From: a virus
Lineage: Duplodnaviria; Caudoviricetes
Reading direction: 5' to 3' (one strand)
DNA: 30,977 bases
Virus record (IMG/VR): IMGVR_UViG_3300044974_000464
Coordinates: 1 to 30,977 of that record
The notes under the pieces were generated by a model, which worked only from the letters and a program-made list of their open reading frames with translations, was not told the DNA's origin and made no database searches. Position numbers and translations under genes: made by a program. Positions 1-8,427 of the stretch are shown here, piece after piece (within the stretch, counting starts at the first letter, position 1; each line of letters starts with the position of its first letter).

Positions 1-1
1 G

Positions 2-82
2 CAGCCGATGCAACAAGTGCAACAAGTGCAACGACCAGCGCAAGTGCAACAAGCACCCATTGAAAACGACCTGCCATTCTAA
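2..82 (+). CDS. 3' end of a probable single-stranded DNA-binding protein (partial)
   Basis: Frame 2 reads QPMQQVQQVQRPAQVQQAPIENDLPF*: a Q/P-rich linker plus the acidic DLPF tail typical of SSBs; lies upstream of the primase. Confidence 0.7.
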   Translation, partial: QPMQQVQQVQRPAQVQQAPIENDLPF

Positions 83-246
83 TGCAACACATTATACGAA
101 TCAACTGCAAGTACAAGGGCTGCAATCTGTATGACTTAACAGATTCGGCATTTGTCATGTGGTATATCCGACATTTCAGGATAATACTTGTTCCAAAAGA
201 ATTGAAAGATTTGATGAATAATATTCCCGAAGAATTCCTATCTTAG
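82..246 (+). CDS. Small hypothetical protein (54 aa), weakly DUF3820-like
   Basis: ATG overlaps the previous TAA (TAATG). MQHIIRINCKYKGCNLYDLTDSAFVMWYIRHF... resembles the GKYKG..L.D....Y..W pattern. Not in the supplied ORF track. Confidence 0.55.
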   Translation: MQHIIRINCKYKGCNLYDLTDSAFVMWYIRHFRIILVPKELKDLMNNIPEEFLS

Positions 247-258
247 CGCTTCAAATTA

Positions 259-361
259 ATTCGTGTGATGGCGAATGATTCCAAACGACATTTAATCTAA
301 ATGCTCGACTGCATGAACCTGTGTTACGCACAGCCCATCACCATGTAAGTCGGGCATTTAG
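259..361 (+). promoter_or_regulatory. Structured RNA leader with possible pseudoknot upstream of the primase gene
   Basis: Hairpin ATTCG/CGAAT (259-276); long stem 297-315 with 342-361; inner stem CTGTG/CACAG; loop GTGATGG (265-271) is complementary to the unpaired CCATCAC (335-341). Confidence 0.6.
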
Positions 362-371
362 TTTTTCAATA

Positions 372-2660
372 ATGAATAAACCAACATTAGACCGATGTTA
401 TAGGCTCTTCGACTGCGGGTATAGCCTGATTACGGTTGGCGAAAACAAGCGCCCTAACTATGCATGGAAGCCATGCCAAAACAAACCACTTGAGAAAGCA
501 GCGTTTGAAAAACAATACCAATACGCAGGTGGCTACATCAAGAAAGACGGCGAAGAAATGCAGGCCACCGTCGGAGTCGGGCTTGTATGCGGGTTCAATG
601 GCCTTGAGGTCATAGACGTTGATTTGAAGGTGTTTAACTCACTACCTGAACAGCAGGCGTTCTGGAATGAACTATACGCATACTTAACAGATAACATTGA
701 TGACTTTGACCGCAAATTTGTAGTAGTCAAAACCCGTAATCAGGGTTATCATATCCTATACCGATGTGAATTCGTAGCGGGTAACACTAAGATTGCTAAA
801 CTCAAAGGCCATACCGAAGCCGTTATTGAATCCCGTGGGGTAGGTGGGTATGTTTTCATATATGACAATCAAATAAGCCAATTGGGGTATAATGATGTTC
901 AGGAGATAACCAAACAGGATAGGGAGATACTATGGAACATTTGCGCTACTTTCAATTACATTGATGAATCCCGCCCGATTGAAACCGAAAGGCCGATAAA
1001 GCATTACGAAAAATCAGACGTAACCCCGTGGCAGGACTTCAATGATAAGACCGATATATTCGACATCATTGGCCCCGACTTCGATATTGTTAGGCAATTG
1101 AGCGACAAATACATCATTCGCCGTCATGGGGCAACAAGCCCACATAGCGGGTACGTTTATAAGAATTCGGGATGTATGTATCTATTCAGCACCGGAACGA
1201 TTTACCCACATGAAAAACTAATCAGCCCATTCAGCGCATACGCATACAAGCACCATAACGGCGACTTCTCAAGGTCGGCCTCACAACTATACAAGGACGG
1301 ATTCGGCAGCCGGACAAAGGAGATAAAAGTACCTGAGTTAAAAACCGAAATTGAGGACCTAAGCGAAGTCGCTTTCCCGTTGGATGTGTTTCCTGCACCA
1401 ATTCAGGAATACATGATTCAATGCAACAAGTACCTTAACCATAGCTTTGATTACATGGGCGCTTCAATGCTTTGGATGTTATCGGTAATCGTTGGTAATA
1501 GTATGCGCATCAAAGTCAAAACAGGATGGAGCGAAATAGCAACGGTTTGGATTTCAGTAGTAGGTCAGGCCGGAATCGGTAAAACACCAAGTATTGATAG
1601 CATTATATTCCCGCTGCTTAAGCAAAACAGCCGTGAGGTAAAGCGGTACATTAAGGCGCTGAAAAAGTTTGAGGAATACAGCAAGTTGACCAAAGACGAA
1701 AAGCAATACACAGAGGAAGCCAAAGAGCCTACGAAATCTCAGTTCATTGCAAATGACATCACTTTGGAAGCGTTGGTTGAATTACATGGTGAATCAAAAG
1801 TATCCGTCGGGGTATTTAAGGATGAATTAAACGGGTGGTTTAAGGACATGAACAAATATAGGGCTGGTTCTGACCTTGAATTCTGGTTAAGTACATGGAG
1901 TGGTAAGTCGGTGGCATTTAACCGCAAAATGGCGAAGTCGGCGTTTGTGGATTTGCCCATCATCCCGGTACTGGGTGGAATTCAGCCCGGCGTTTTGGCC
2001 TCGATGTACACCGAAGAAAACAAAGAAAACGGTTTCGTAGATAGGATGCTGCTCACATTCCCTGAGTTACGGGTCGATGAATACAATGAAAACGAAATCG
2101 ATCCCGTAATTGTCCATTGGTATGAGGAGGCGGTGGTATCAATGTATGAAACCGTCCGCAATGAGATGGTCGAATTCGATTTGGATGGCGAAGTGGTCCC
2201 GATGCTGTGTAATTGGTCACAGGAGGCCAAACGGGAATGGATACGGATATTTAACAAGATAACCCATCAACAGAACAGCGACGAGATAAACGAATACGCT
2301 AAAAGCGGCCTTCCAAAGATGAAATCTTATATACCGCGTTTTTCGCTTTTATTGCACTTCCTGAATGCCTCCGTTACCGAAACGGATGTAAATATCAGGG
2401 AGGTGTCAAAACAAGCCGTTTTAGGGGCTGAAAGGTTGGCGGAGTACTTCACGTCCATGTCACGAAAGATAAGGTCAACGAGCAGAGATGAGGCCCAAAT
2501 AAAAGAGGTATCGAAAAGCAATCAAGGCCGGACTCCGTTTGAAATATTTGAAGCCATGTACCGCAAAAATCCGAAGATAAAAACGGCATCGGTAGCCTCA
2601 CAACTTGAGGTAAGCCGTCAAACGGTTTACAATTGGAAAAAAGAACTTGACAAAATCTAA
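372..2660 (+). CDS. Bifunctional primase-polymerase fused to a P-loop helicase-like (DUF3987-type) domain and a C-terminal HTH
   Basis: Prim-Pol motifs (VIDVD, KTRNQGYHILY, IESRGVGGYV); Walker A GQAGIGKT; Walker B VFKDE; C-terminal VASQLEVSRQTVYNWK HTH. ATG 372 preferred over the GTG at 321, which lies inside the hairpin. Confidence 0.85.
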   Translation: MNKPTLDRCYRLFDCGYSLITVGENKRPNYAWKPCQNKPLEKAAFEKQYQYAGGYIKKDGEEMQATVGVGLVCGFNGLEVIDVDLKVFNSLPEQQAFWNELYAYLTDNIDDFDRKFVVVKTRNQGYHILYRCEFVAGNTKIAKLKGHTEAVIESRGVGGYVFIYDNQISQLGYNDVQEITKQDREILWNICATFNYIDESRPIETERPIKHYEKSDVTPWQDFNDKTDIFDIIGPDFDIVRQLSDKYIIRRHGATSPHSGYVYKNSGCMYLFSTGTIYPHEKLISPFSAYAYKHHNGDFSRSASQLYKDGFGSRTKEIKVPELKTEIEDLSEVAFPLDVFPAPIQEYMIQCNKYLNHSFDYMGASMLWMLSVIVGNSMRIKVKTGWSEIATVWISVVGQAGIGKTPSIDSIIFPLLKQNSREVKRYIKALKKFEEYSKLTKDEKQYTEEAKEPTKSQFIANDITLEALVELHGESKVSVGVFKDELNGWFKDMNKYRAGSDLEFWLSTWSGKSVAFNRKMAKSAFVDLPIIPVLGGIQPGVLASMYTEENKENGFVDRMLLTFPELRVDEYNENEIDPVIVHWYEEAVVSMYETVRNEMVEFDLDGEVVPMLCNWSQEAKREWIRIFNKITHQQNSDEINEYAKSGLPKMKSYIPRFSLLLHFLNASVTETDVNIREVSKQAVLGAERLAEYFTSMSRKIRSTSRDEAQIKEVSKSNQGRTPFEIFEAMYRKNPKIKTASVASQLEVSRQTVYNWKKELDKI

Positions 2661-2888
2661 AATTGTCAAATTTGTCAAAAGTGTCAAACGCAGTAATATG
2701 TAAAGCGTTGAAAATCAATAAGTTAGAAAAGATTTGTCAAGTTGACAAAATGGAAAATGAAAAATAAAGAGGAAATAAAAATGTCAAAAAAATAAAAAAT
2801 GTAAAATTTGTCAAAATTTGACACTTTTCGCCCGAAAGGCCTATAAACAGGGCATTCTTGATGTCAAATTTTTGTCAAATTTGTCAAA
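2647..2888. repeat. Iteron-like TGTCAA/TTGACA cluster, putative replication origin
   Basis: 12 copies counted (starting at 2647, 2664, 2673, 2682, 2735, 2742, 2782, 2809, 2818, 2862, 2873, 2882) in both orientations around an A-rich tract, directly after the primase/helicase gene. Confidence 0.75.
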
Positions 2889-2916
2889 AAAGTGTAAAGT
2901 TATAAAAAAACGTAAT

Positions 2917-3753
2917 ATGAGTATAAAAAAAGCCATTGAGCTGTTAAAAGACGAGTCATTCACGATTGAAACAATCGTACCTTATTTGCGGGAATTATTT
3001 GATGATTATAGATGTGAGGGCGGGGACCCAAAAAAGTGGTTATCTGGAATGCTGATGGGAATAAATGATAATTCACACAGATATAAGCCTGAAATATTTG
3101 AAGCTATTGTTATCGAATTAACCGAATGGATTGAAGTACAAAAAAAGATTGGGTTTGATTCTTTGTATCACTACACAAGACAGAATAAAGAGTATTGCGA
3201 AATTCCTGATAAAAAACAGTACAAATCTGATATAAACCTAATCACCCAAACCGAATTCGAAGCCCTCTATAATGAGCGACGAAAGCAACAAATGAAGGAC
3301 GGTTTCTTCAAGAAATCATGGCCGTTGATAACCACTAAAGTCATCAAGAAACGGCAGGACATTTACAAAGCAGATGAAAACGGAGTGCCTACTTTGGTGG
3401 AACGAATACCGGGCGTATCAAAGAGGGCATTTAATACCAATAACTTCAACGCCTTATGTCAGGCGGTTTGGGAGTATTACACAGGAAATGTACTGAAGAG
3501 AATATCATCAGAGGGTAAATATCGGGTCGGTGTTGGATTCATTCCGAGTACAAACAAGGGGTTTGCCGACCTGCATGGGATGTACAAAGGGCGGGCCGTT
3601 TACATTGAAACTAAGCAACGCAATGAGAAGCACCTAAAAAGCCAACAGGACTTCATGCAATGGGTTCGTGACGGAGGCGGGATATACCACACCGTCCGAT
3701 CATTCGAGGATATGTATTTGGTTACGCATGAGATAATAAACACAATAAAATAA
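2917..3753 (+). CDS. Protein with a C-terminal VRR-NUC (PD-(D/E)XK) nuclease domain
   Basis: GFADL...VYIETK...LKSQQDF...GGIYHTVRS pattern. ATG 2917 preferred over TTG 2818, which lies inside the iterons. Confidence 0.75.
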   Translation: MSIKKAIELLKDESFTIETIVPYLRELFDDYRCEGGDPKKWLSGMLMGINDNSHRYKPEIFEAIVIELTEWIEVQKKIGFDSLYHYTRQNKEYCEIPDKKQYKSDINLITQTEFEALYNERRKQQMKDGFFKKSWPLITTKVIKKRQDIYKADENGVPTLVERIPGVSKRAFNTNNFNALCQAVWEYYTGNVLKRISSEGKYRVGVGFIPSTNKGFADLHGMYKGRAVYIETKQRNEKHLKSQQDFMQWVRDGGGIYHTVRSFEDMYLVTHEIINTIK

Positions 3754-3757
3754 ATTT

Positions 3758-4411
3758 ATGAATATACTTGAGTTATTTGCAGGGTCCAGATCTATAGGGA
3801 ATGAAGCCGAAAAAATGGGAATGAATGTATTTTCGGTTGATTGGCAAAAGTTTGATAGAATAGATTTAGCTATTGATATTCAAGATTTGCAGATGAAAGA
3901 TATACCTTTTATTCCTGATATGGTTTGGGCCTCGCCTGATTGTACGACATACACTATTGCAGCAATCAGCACACACAGAAACGGAACAGAACCAAAAAGT
4001 GAATATGCTAAAAAATGTGATGAGGTAAACAAACATTTTATAAGCCTTATTGATGAATGGTTGTTGATTAATCCTAAAATGGTTTTCTTTATTGAAAACC
4101 CTCGTGGAATGCTTAGGAAAATGCCATTTATGAATGGGTTTAAAAGGCACACTATCTGGTATTGCCAATATGGTGATGATAGAGCAAAGCCTACCGATAT
4201 TTGGACTAATTCTAAAACATGGGTTCCTAAATCAGTATGCAGAAATGGGAATAAAAAATGTCACCATCAATCAGCCCCAAGAGGGTCAAAAACGGGGACA
4301 CAGGGCCGAAAAGGTAGTTATGATAGGTCAAAAATCCCTGATAAATTATGTAGGTCGGTTCTTGATAGCCTCTTAATAACTGAACCTATTGCAATAATGG
4401 AATTATTTTAA
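3758..4411 (+). CDS. DNA cytosine-C5 methyltransferase (short phage type)
   Basis: Motif I LELFAGSRS, motif IV WASPDC, motif VI IENP. Confidence 0.8.
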   Translation: MNILELFAGSRSIGNEAEKMGMNVFSVDWQKFDRIDLAIDIQDLQMKDIPFIPDMVWASPDCTTYTIAAISTHRNGTEPKSEYAKKCDEVNKHFISLIDEWLLINPKMVFFIENPRGMLRKMPFMNGFKRHTIWYCQYGDDRAKPTDIWTNSKTWVPKSVCRNGNKKCHHQSAPRGSKTGTQGRKGSYDRSKIPDKLCRSVLDSLLITEPIAIMELF

Positions 4412-4429
4412 AAGAATTATCAAAATAAA

Positions 4430-4461
4430 TTTGTTAGATTGAATATATGGTATACATTTGC
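4430..4461 (+). promoter_or_regulatory. Bacteroidota-type promoter
   Basis: TTTG (4430-4433), 19-nt spacer, TACATTTG (4453-4460); matches the -33 TTTG / -7 TAnnTTTG consensus. Confidence 0.7.
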
Positions 4462-4484
4462 GTAAGATTTAAAACAATAAGAAA

Positions 4485-4748
4485 ATGACAGCGAAGTTTA
4501 AAGTAACCGGAACAGAAATGACACCTTTGGGGCTGGCTAAAAAATACGAAGTTGAAACCTTTTTTCATTCAGGGTCTTTAGTTAGCGCATCTGATAAAAA
4601 AATTTCAGCGGCATTTAAAATCATTTTTGAAATGAAGGGTACTACAAAAATAGCAAAGGCAAAAGCAATTAGAAAGGCCGGCATAGACTTATCATTGGAA
4701 GAATGGCAGGTTATATTCAAAAGATACAGCTTAGAGTTAGAGAGTTAA
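4485..4748 (+). CDS. Hypothetical protein
   Basis: 87-aa ORF directly after a promoter, with an A-rich leader. Confidence 0.6.
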   Translation: MTAKFKVTGTEMTPLGLAKKYEVETFFHSGSLVSASDKKISAAFKIIFEMKGTTKIAKAKAIRKAGIDLSLEEWQVIFKRYSLELES

Positions 4749-4753
4749 CCCGC

Positions 4754-4957
4754 ATGAAAAAGCACAGAATTAAATTAAGTATAAAAAATCCAAAGCAGTT
4801 AAATGAGTTAATCGCTTGTGGTAAATGCGATACAAAAGTGAAGTACAGAACAATGTACTTTTACATTGACGCGAATAACATAAAAATAACTGACAATGCT
4901 AAAGGGATATGTAAAGAATGTTATTTAACCCAACTACATAACCATTCCAATCAATAA
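4754..4957 (+). CDS. Small Zn-finger-like protein
   Basis: CGKC...CKEC pair; ATG 4754 preferred as start. Confidence 0.55.
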   Translation: MKKHRIKLSIKNPKQLNELIACGKCDTKVKYRTMYFYIDANNIKITDNAKGICKECYLTQLHNHSNQ

Positions 4958-4997
4958 TCCGCAAGGCCATAACAGACCATCTTTAAATTATAACACC

Positions 4998-5195
4998 ATG
5001 ACCCTATCCGACAAAAAAAGAACAGAACTTTATGACGTAGTGCATAACGAAATCTACGATGCCCGAATCAAGATTTGGAGCATGAGAGAAAACAAGCAAT
5101 TGTCCATAGCGGAAATAGATGACATTCTTTATAAGCTATGTATAAGCGCCCCACAAAAAGCTATTGAATTATTCACAGAAAAACAAAAACAATAA
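4998..5195 (+). CDS. Hypothetical protein
   Basis: 65-aa ORF colinear with its neighbours. Confidence 0.55.
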   Translation: MTLSDKKRTELYDVVHNEIYDARIKIWSMRENKQLSIAEIDDILYKLCISAPQKAIELFTEKQKQ

Positions 5196-5199
5196 TCAA

Positions 5200-5358
5200 A
5201 TGAAACTCCTCCTAACAATCCTGCTGCTACTTTTCGCAGCCGTTCCGGTAATCGAACACAATGAAAAGAAGATGAAACGAAAGTATTATTTAGGAATCAA
5301 TTACCTAATCTATATCGCAATGGTATTGGATTTAATTTGTATTATTTGGATTTATTAA
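5200..5358 (+). CDS. Small membrane protein
   Basis: Two hydrophobic stretches (MKLLLTILLLLFAAV; YLIYIAMVLDLICIIWIY). Confidence 0.5.
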   Translation: MKLLLTILLLLFAAVPVIEHNEKKMKRKYYLGINYLIYIAMVLDLICIIWIY

Positions 5359-5367
5359 TTACCTTTG
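5336..5367 (+). promoter_or_regulatory. Bacteroidota-type promoter
   Basis: TTTG (5336-5339), 20 nt, TACCTTTG (5360-5367). Confidence 0.55.
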
Positions 5368-5403
5368 CCCAATCCATTTTCAATTGTTGTTTTATCATTT
5401 TCT

Positions 5404-5437
5404 AAGCAGGCTCCTTTTTAGGGGCTTGTTTGGTTTT
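5404..5437 (+). terminator. Intrinsic terminator-like hairpin
   Basis: AAGCAGGCTCCT-TTTT-AGGGGCTTGTTT: 12 bp with three G-U pairs, followed by GGTTTT. Confidence 0.6.
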
Positions 5438-5458
5438 GAGAAATATAGTTTATATTTG
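5429..5458 (+). promoter_or_regulatory. Bacteroidota-type promoter for the terminase operon
   Basis: TTTG (5429-5432), 18 nt, TATATTTG (5451-5458), about 40 nt upstream of terS. Confidence 0.6.
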
Positions 5459-5499
5459 CTTTGTATTTCAAAGTGAAACAGTCCTAAAACAGTCCATTT

Positions 5500-5835
5500 A
5501 TGCCAAACCCACAAAACGTAGTCGGTAAAGGGACGCCGTTCAAAAAAGGCCAATCAGGAAACCCGAACGGACGGCCTAAAGAAATCCCAGCATTAAAAGA
5601 ATTGATGAAAAAAATAATGTCCACCGAAGATAAGAACGGGATACAAACCGCTGAGCAGATATTGGAAGCGGTTAAGAAACGGGCTTTAGATGGTGACATA
5701 AAGGCCGCTGAACTTCTATTAGACCGCGCTTATGGTAAGGTGGTTACGCCAATAGCGGAAACCGACTCCGAAGGCAAAGACAAAGAGCATCAAGTCTTAG
5801 AACTACCAAACGGCGCAAAAATCACAATTGGATAA
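5500..5835 (+). CDS. terS: Terminase small subunit
   Basis: N-terminal FKKGQSGNPNGRPK motif and AAELLLDRAYGK; directly upstream of the large subunit. Confidence 0.8.
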   Translation: MPNPQNVVGKGTPFKKGQSGNPNGRPKEIPALKELMKKIMSTEDKNGIQTAEQILEAVKKRALDGDIKAAELLLDRAYGKVVTPIAETDSEGKDKEHQVLELPNGAKITIG

Positions 5836-7168
5836 ATTGCAATTTAGCTTTAAAGATAGGCCCACACAATTCAATCTGTTCCAAACCATTATAGGCGCAG
5901 CGCAGGGGCTTAACCAATATAACAGGATTCACTCAGGCGGTGCAATTAGGGGCGGCAAAACCGTTACCAATTCACTTGCTTTGATTACGTTGGCAATTCA
6001 ATACCCACTAAGCAAATGGAGCGTTCATAGGAAGGATTTAACTATCCTTGAATCTACAACGATTGAAACATTTTCAAAGATATTAAGAGGCTCAAAGAAA
6101 TGGCATTGGAGCAAGTCAAGGTCTAACTATCATTTGTTGTACAAACCAAACGGCGCGCGGATATTTTTCATAGGCGCCAACGAAAGCAGGGATAAGGATT
6201 TCACAGATACTTTAGGGCTTGAGATTAACGGCGCATTCTTTGACCAATTAGAGGACGTGAGTTTTGAATATTATAACGCGGTTCTGCAGCGTGTCGGATC
6301 GTGGCATATCCCTGATGAACCGAACCCGCTTGTATTGACTACCTGTAACCCGCATCCCGGTTGGATAAAAAAAGAAATATATACGCCTTACAAATCGGGA
6401 ACATTACCACAATCGGAACTATTCGTGCCACTTAGTCCGACGAATGAGCCGTCAAACACTAAGCAACAATGGGAGGTGTGGAACCGGATGCCACCCGACA
6501 TCAAGGCCCGAATGATTGAAGGAGATTGGAATAGCTTTGAAAACAAAAACCCGTGGTTCTACGCATTCGATAAATCAAGGCATGTGTACCCTGAACGCAT
6601 ACCGTTTAACCCAGCGTTCCCACTTATACTCAGTTTTGATTTTAATATTGACCCTGCTACGTGCGTCGTATCTCAATTGGTTCCGGGTGCGTTTATATTT
6701 GTTTTGAAGTCGTATAAGATACCCAACTGCACCATATCACAACTATGTCAGCGCATACTTACTGATTTCCCCGGTGCTGTTTTAAGGGTAACCGGTGACC
6801 CATCAGGCCACAACCGGAATCAAGGGTTTAACAGCCCGAATGCTACGATGTACACCATGATAAGGGAGGCGTTAAAGATTAGTTTGAATCAGATTGATAA
6901 GTGCCAAATCAACTATTCCGGCGAGAATGCATGGAGAGAAATCAGGATTTTTGTAAATACTATTTTGCAGAATCATCCAAAGTTGTACTTTTGCCCAGTC
7001 GGAACCGTTGACTTAATAGCTGATATTGAGTTGGCTACGACTGAGGAGGGTAAAGATAAGATGTTTAAGACATCAGGGAATACCGAATATGGTATGCACT
7101 TAACTGATGGATTCTTATATCTATTAACTACCTATCTCAATGACTATATGAAAACTTTTAAGCTATGA
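5828..7168 (+). CDS. terL: Terminase large subunit
   Basis: Walker A GGAIRGGKT; Walker B region GAFFDQLED; coupling motif TTCNP; RNase H-like nuclease motifs SFDFN, GDPSG, HLTDG. Confidence 0.9.
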   Translation: MDKLQFSFKDRPTQFNLFQTIIGAAQGLNQYNRIHSGGAIRGGKTVTNSLALITLAIQYPLSKWSVHRKDLTILESTTIETFSKILRGSKKWHWSKSRSNYHLLYKPNGARIFFIGANESRDKDFTDTLGLEINGAFFDQLEDVSFEYYNAVLQRVGSWHIPDEPNPLVLTTCNPHPGWIKKEIYTPYKSGTLPQSELFVPLSPTNEPSNTKQQWEVWNRMPPDIKARMIEGDWNSFENKNPWFYAFDKSRHVYPERIPFNPAFPLILSFDFNIDPATCVVSQLVPGAFIFVLKSYKIPNCTISQLCQRILTDFPGAVLRVTGDPSGHNRNQGFNSPNATMYTMIREALKISLNQIDKCQINYSGENAWREIRIFVNTILQNHPKLYFCPVGTVDLIADIELATTEEGKDKMFKTSGNTEYGMHLTDGFLYLLTTYLNDYMKTFKL

Positions 7169-7659
7169 AATACCTATTAATAGGGCTGTTTGCCCTCGCT
7201 TTGTCATGCAATCAATCGAGCAATCCTAACTACCAATTACCGCCTGTGTCGGGTTCGATTTCCTATGTTGTTAATCAGACCGATACCGTTACATGGTCAA
7301 CAGGTAGCTTCGGTTGGTTGGGTTCTGTTACAGCATGCCAGCCGTTTGTATTCAGTCAAGCACAGCCCGGTAATGCATACAACGGGGTTTCATTTCAAAT
7401 CGTTACCGATACACTCACAACCGGTTGTTATAGCGATTCAGATAGCTGGACGTGTCCACAGCGACCGTTTTATGCATGGGCAAAGCATGATAACATCGGT
7501 TATACAATGAGTCATGGTGATGGTAGTTCATATATCGAATTCACAGAAATAACAGACACAACCATGACTGGATTGTTTCAACTCAGGCTGTATAACAACA
7601 CAGATACGATACTGATTCATAACGGCGTTTTTAACGTAGTAAGATACAACCGCGCATGA
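7165..7659 (+). CDS. Putative lipoprotein
   Basis: Signal peptide MKYLLIGLFALALS-C with a lipobox; beta-rich mature part. Confidence 0.65.
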   Translation: MKYLLIGLFALALSCNQSSNPNYQLPPVSGSISYVVNQTDTVTWSTGSFGWLGSVTACQPFVFSQAQPGNAYNGVSFQIVTDTLTTGCYSDSDSWTCPQRPFYAWAKHDNIGYTMSHGDGSSYIEFTEITDTTMTGLFQLRLYNNTDTILIHNGVFNVVRYNRA

Positions 7660-7934
7660 TTGTAGCAGGCATAACTAAGGAGGTCAGAGTTGAGATGAAG
7701 CACATGGCAAAGCTATTGCCTAAAAATGTACTAATCGAAGCAGGAAAGATGCCCCAAGCGGTTAAACATCTTGACCACTATCAACGCATGCGGTCTGCTT
7801 ATATCATCAATGGTTGGCCCGGCATTCTGAACTATATCCTGCCGTATTACAAGCCCGGGACTGAACGCGACCGAATCACAGAACAACTAAACAAACTAAC
7901 CAATGGAGGCAATACACCCACAACTGAGGCGTGA
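7656..7934 (+). CDS. Hypothetical protein
   Basis: 92-aa ORF coupled to the previous gene by an ATGA overlap. Confidence 0.55.
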   Translation: MIVAGITKEVRVEMKHMAKLLPKNVLIEAGKMPQAVKHLDHYQRMRSAYIINGWPGILNYILPYYKPGTERDRITEQLNKLTNGGNTPTTEA

Positions 7935-8427
7935 ACCCGTTAAGGTCATAGACGGCCATAAGTTTTATGAAATCCATCAGGCGGATGAAATCCTTTATCA
8001 ACGCTACATGGAGGCCGAAATACAGGAGTTATACATCAGGATGGGGATATCTGAGGACTTTCTTGATAACATGATGTCTGAACTAATCGACCGCGCTATG
8101 ACAATCAATGACATCAAGCAACTAAAGCAGGATTGTATTGCTATCGGGCAAAACATTAAAGGCCGAATCAAACGCATAGCGGAAATGCAGCATTACGAAG
8201 ATTTAGCCTGTGTTTACTTCATGATGGATGATGAACCCATTGAAATGGATGTTGAATTTCAAAAGAAGAAAAAAGAGGTTTGGAGGAGGGACGAATCTAA
8301 TCGGGATTTTTTTATCACAAAGGCCTTCGCCTACATCAACAACTCAGCGGATATATCCAACAGCGATATATTAGCCGTATTCCAAGCCGTAAAAGAGCGC
8401 CAAAGCCAGTTGCCGACATTGGATTAG
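7903..8427 (+). CDS. Tail assembly chaperone (gpG-like)
   Basis: Acidic helical protein upstream of the tape measure gene; contains the in-frame slippery heptamer T TTT TTT (8307-8313). Confidence 0.7.
   Translation: MEAIHPQLRREPVKVIDGHKFYEIHQADEILYQRYMEAEIQELYIRMGISEDFLDNMMSELIDRAMTINDIKQLKQDCIAIGQNIKGRIKRIAEMQHYEDLACVYFMMDDEPIEMDVEFQKKKKEVWRRDESNRDFFITKAFAYINNSADISNSDILAVFQAVKERQSQLPTLD

Noticed and set aside
9-53. GTGCAACAA-type tandem repeats
   Set aside because: Explained by the low-complexity QQV linker of the SSB tail; there are no spacers, so this is not CRISPR.
2818-2916. ORF-track N-terminal extension from TTG 2818 (similarly 321, 17943, 21645, 26990, 30779)
   Set aside because: These extensions run through iterons, hairpins, promoters or the upstream gene; downstream ATGs with better context exist.
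4964-4997. GGCCATAAC as another attC-like left box
   Set aside because: No matching arm or GTT box follows.
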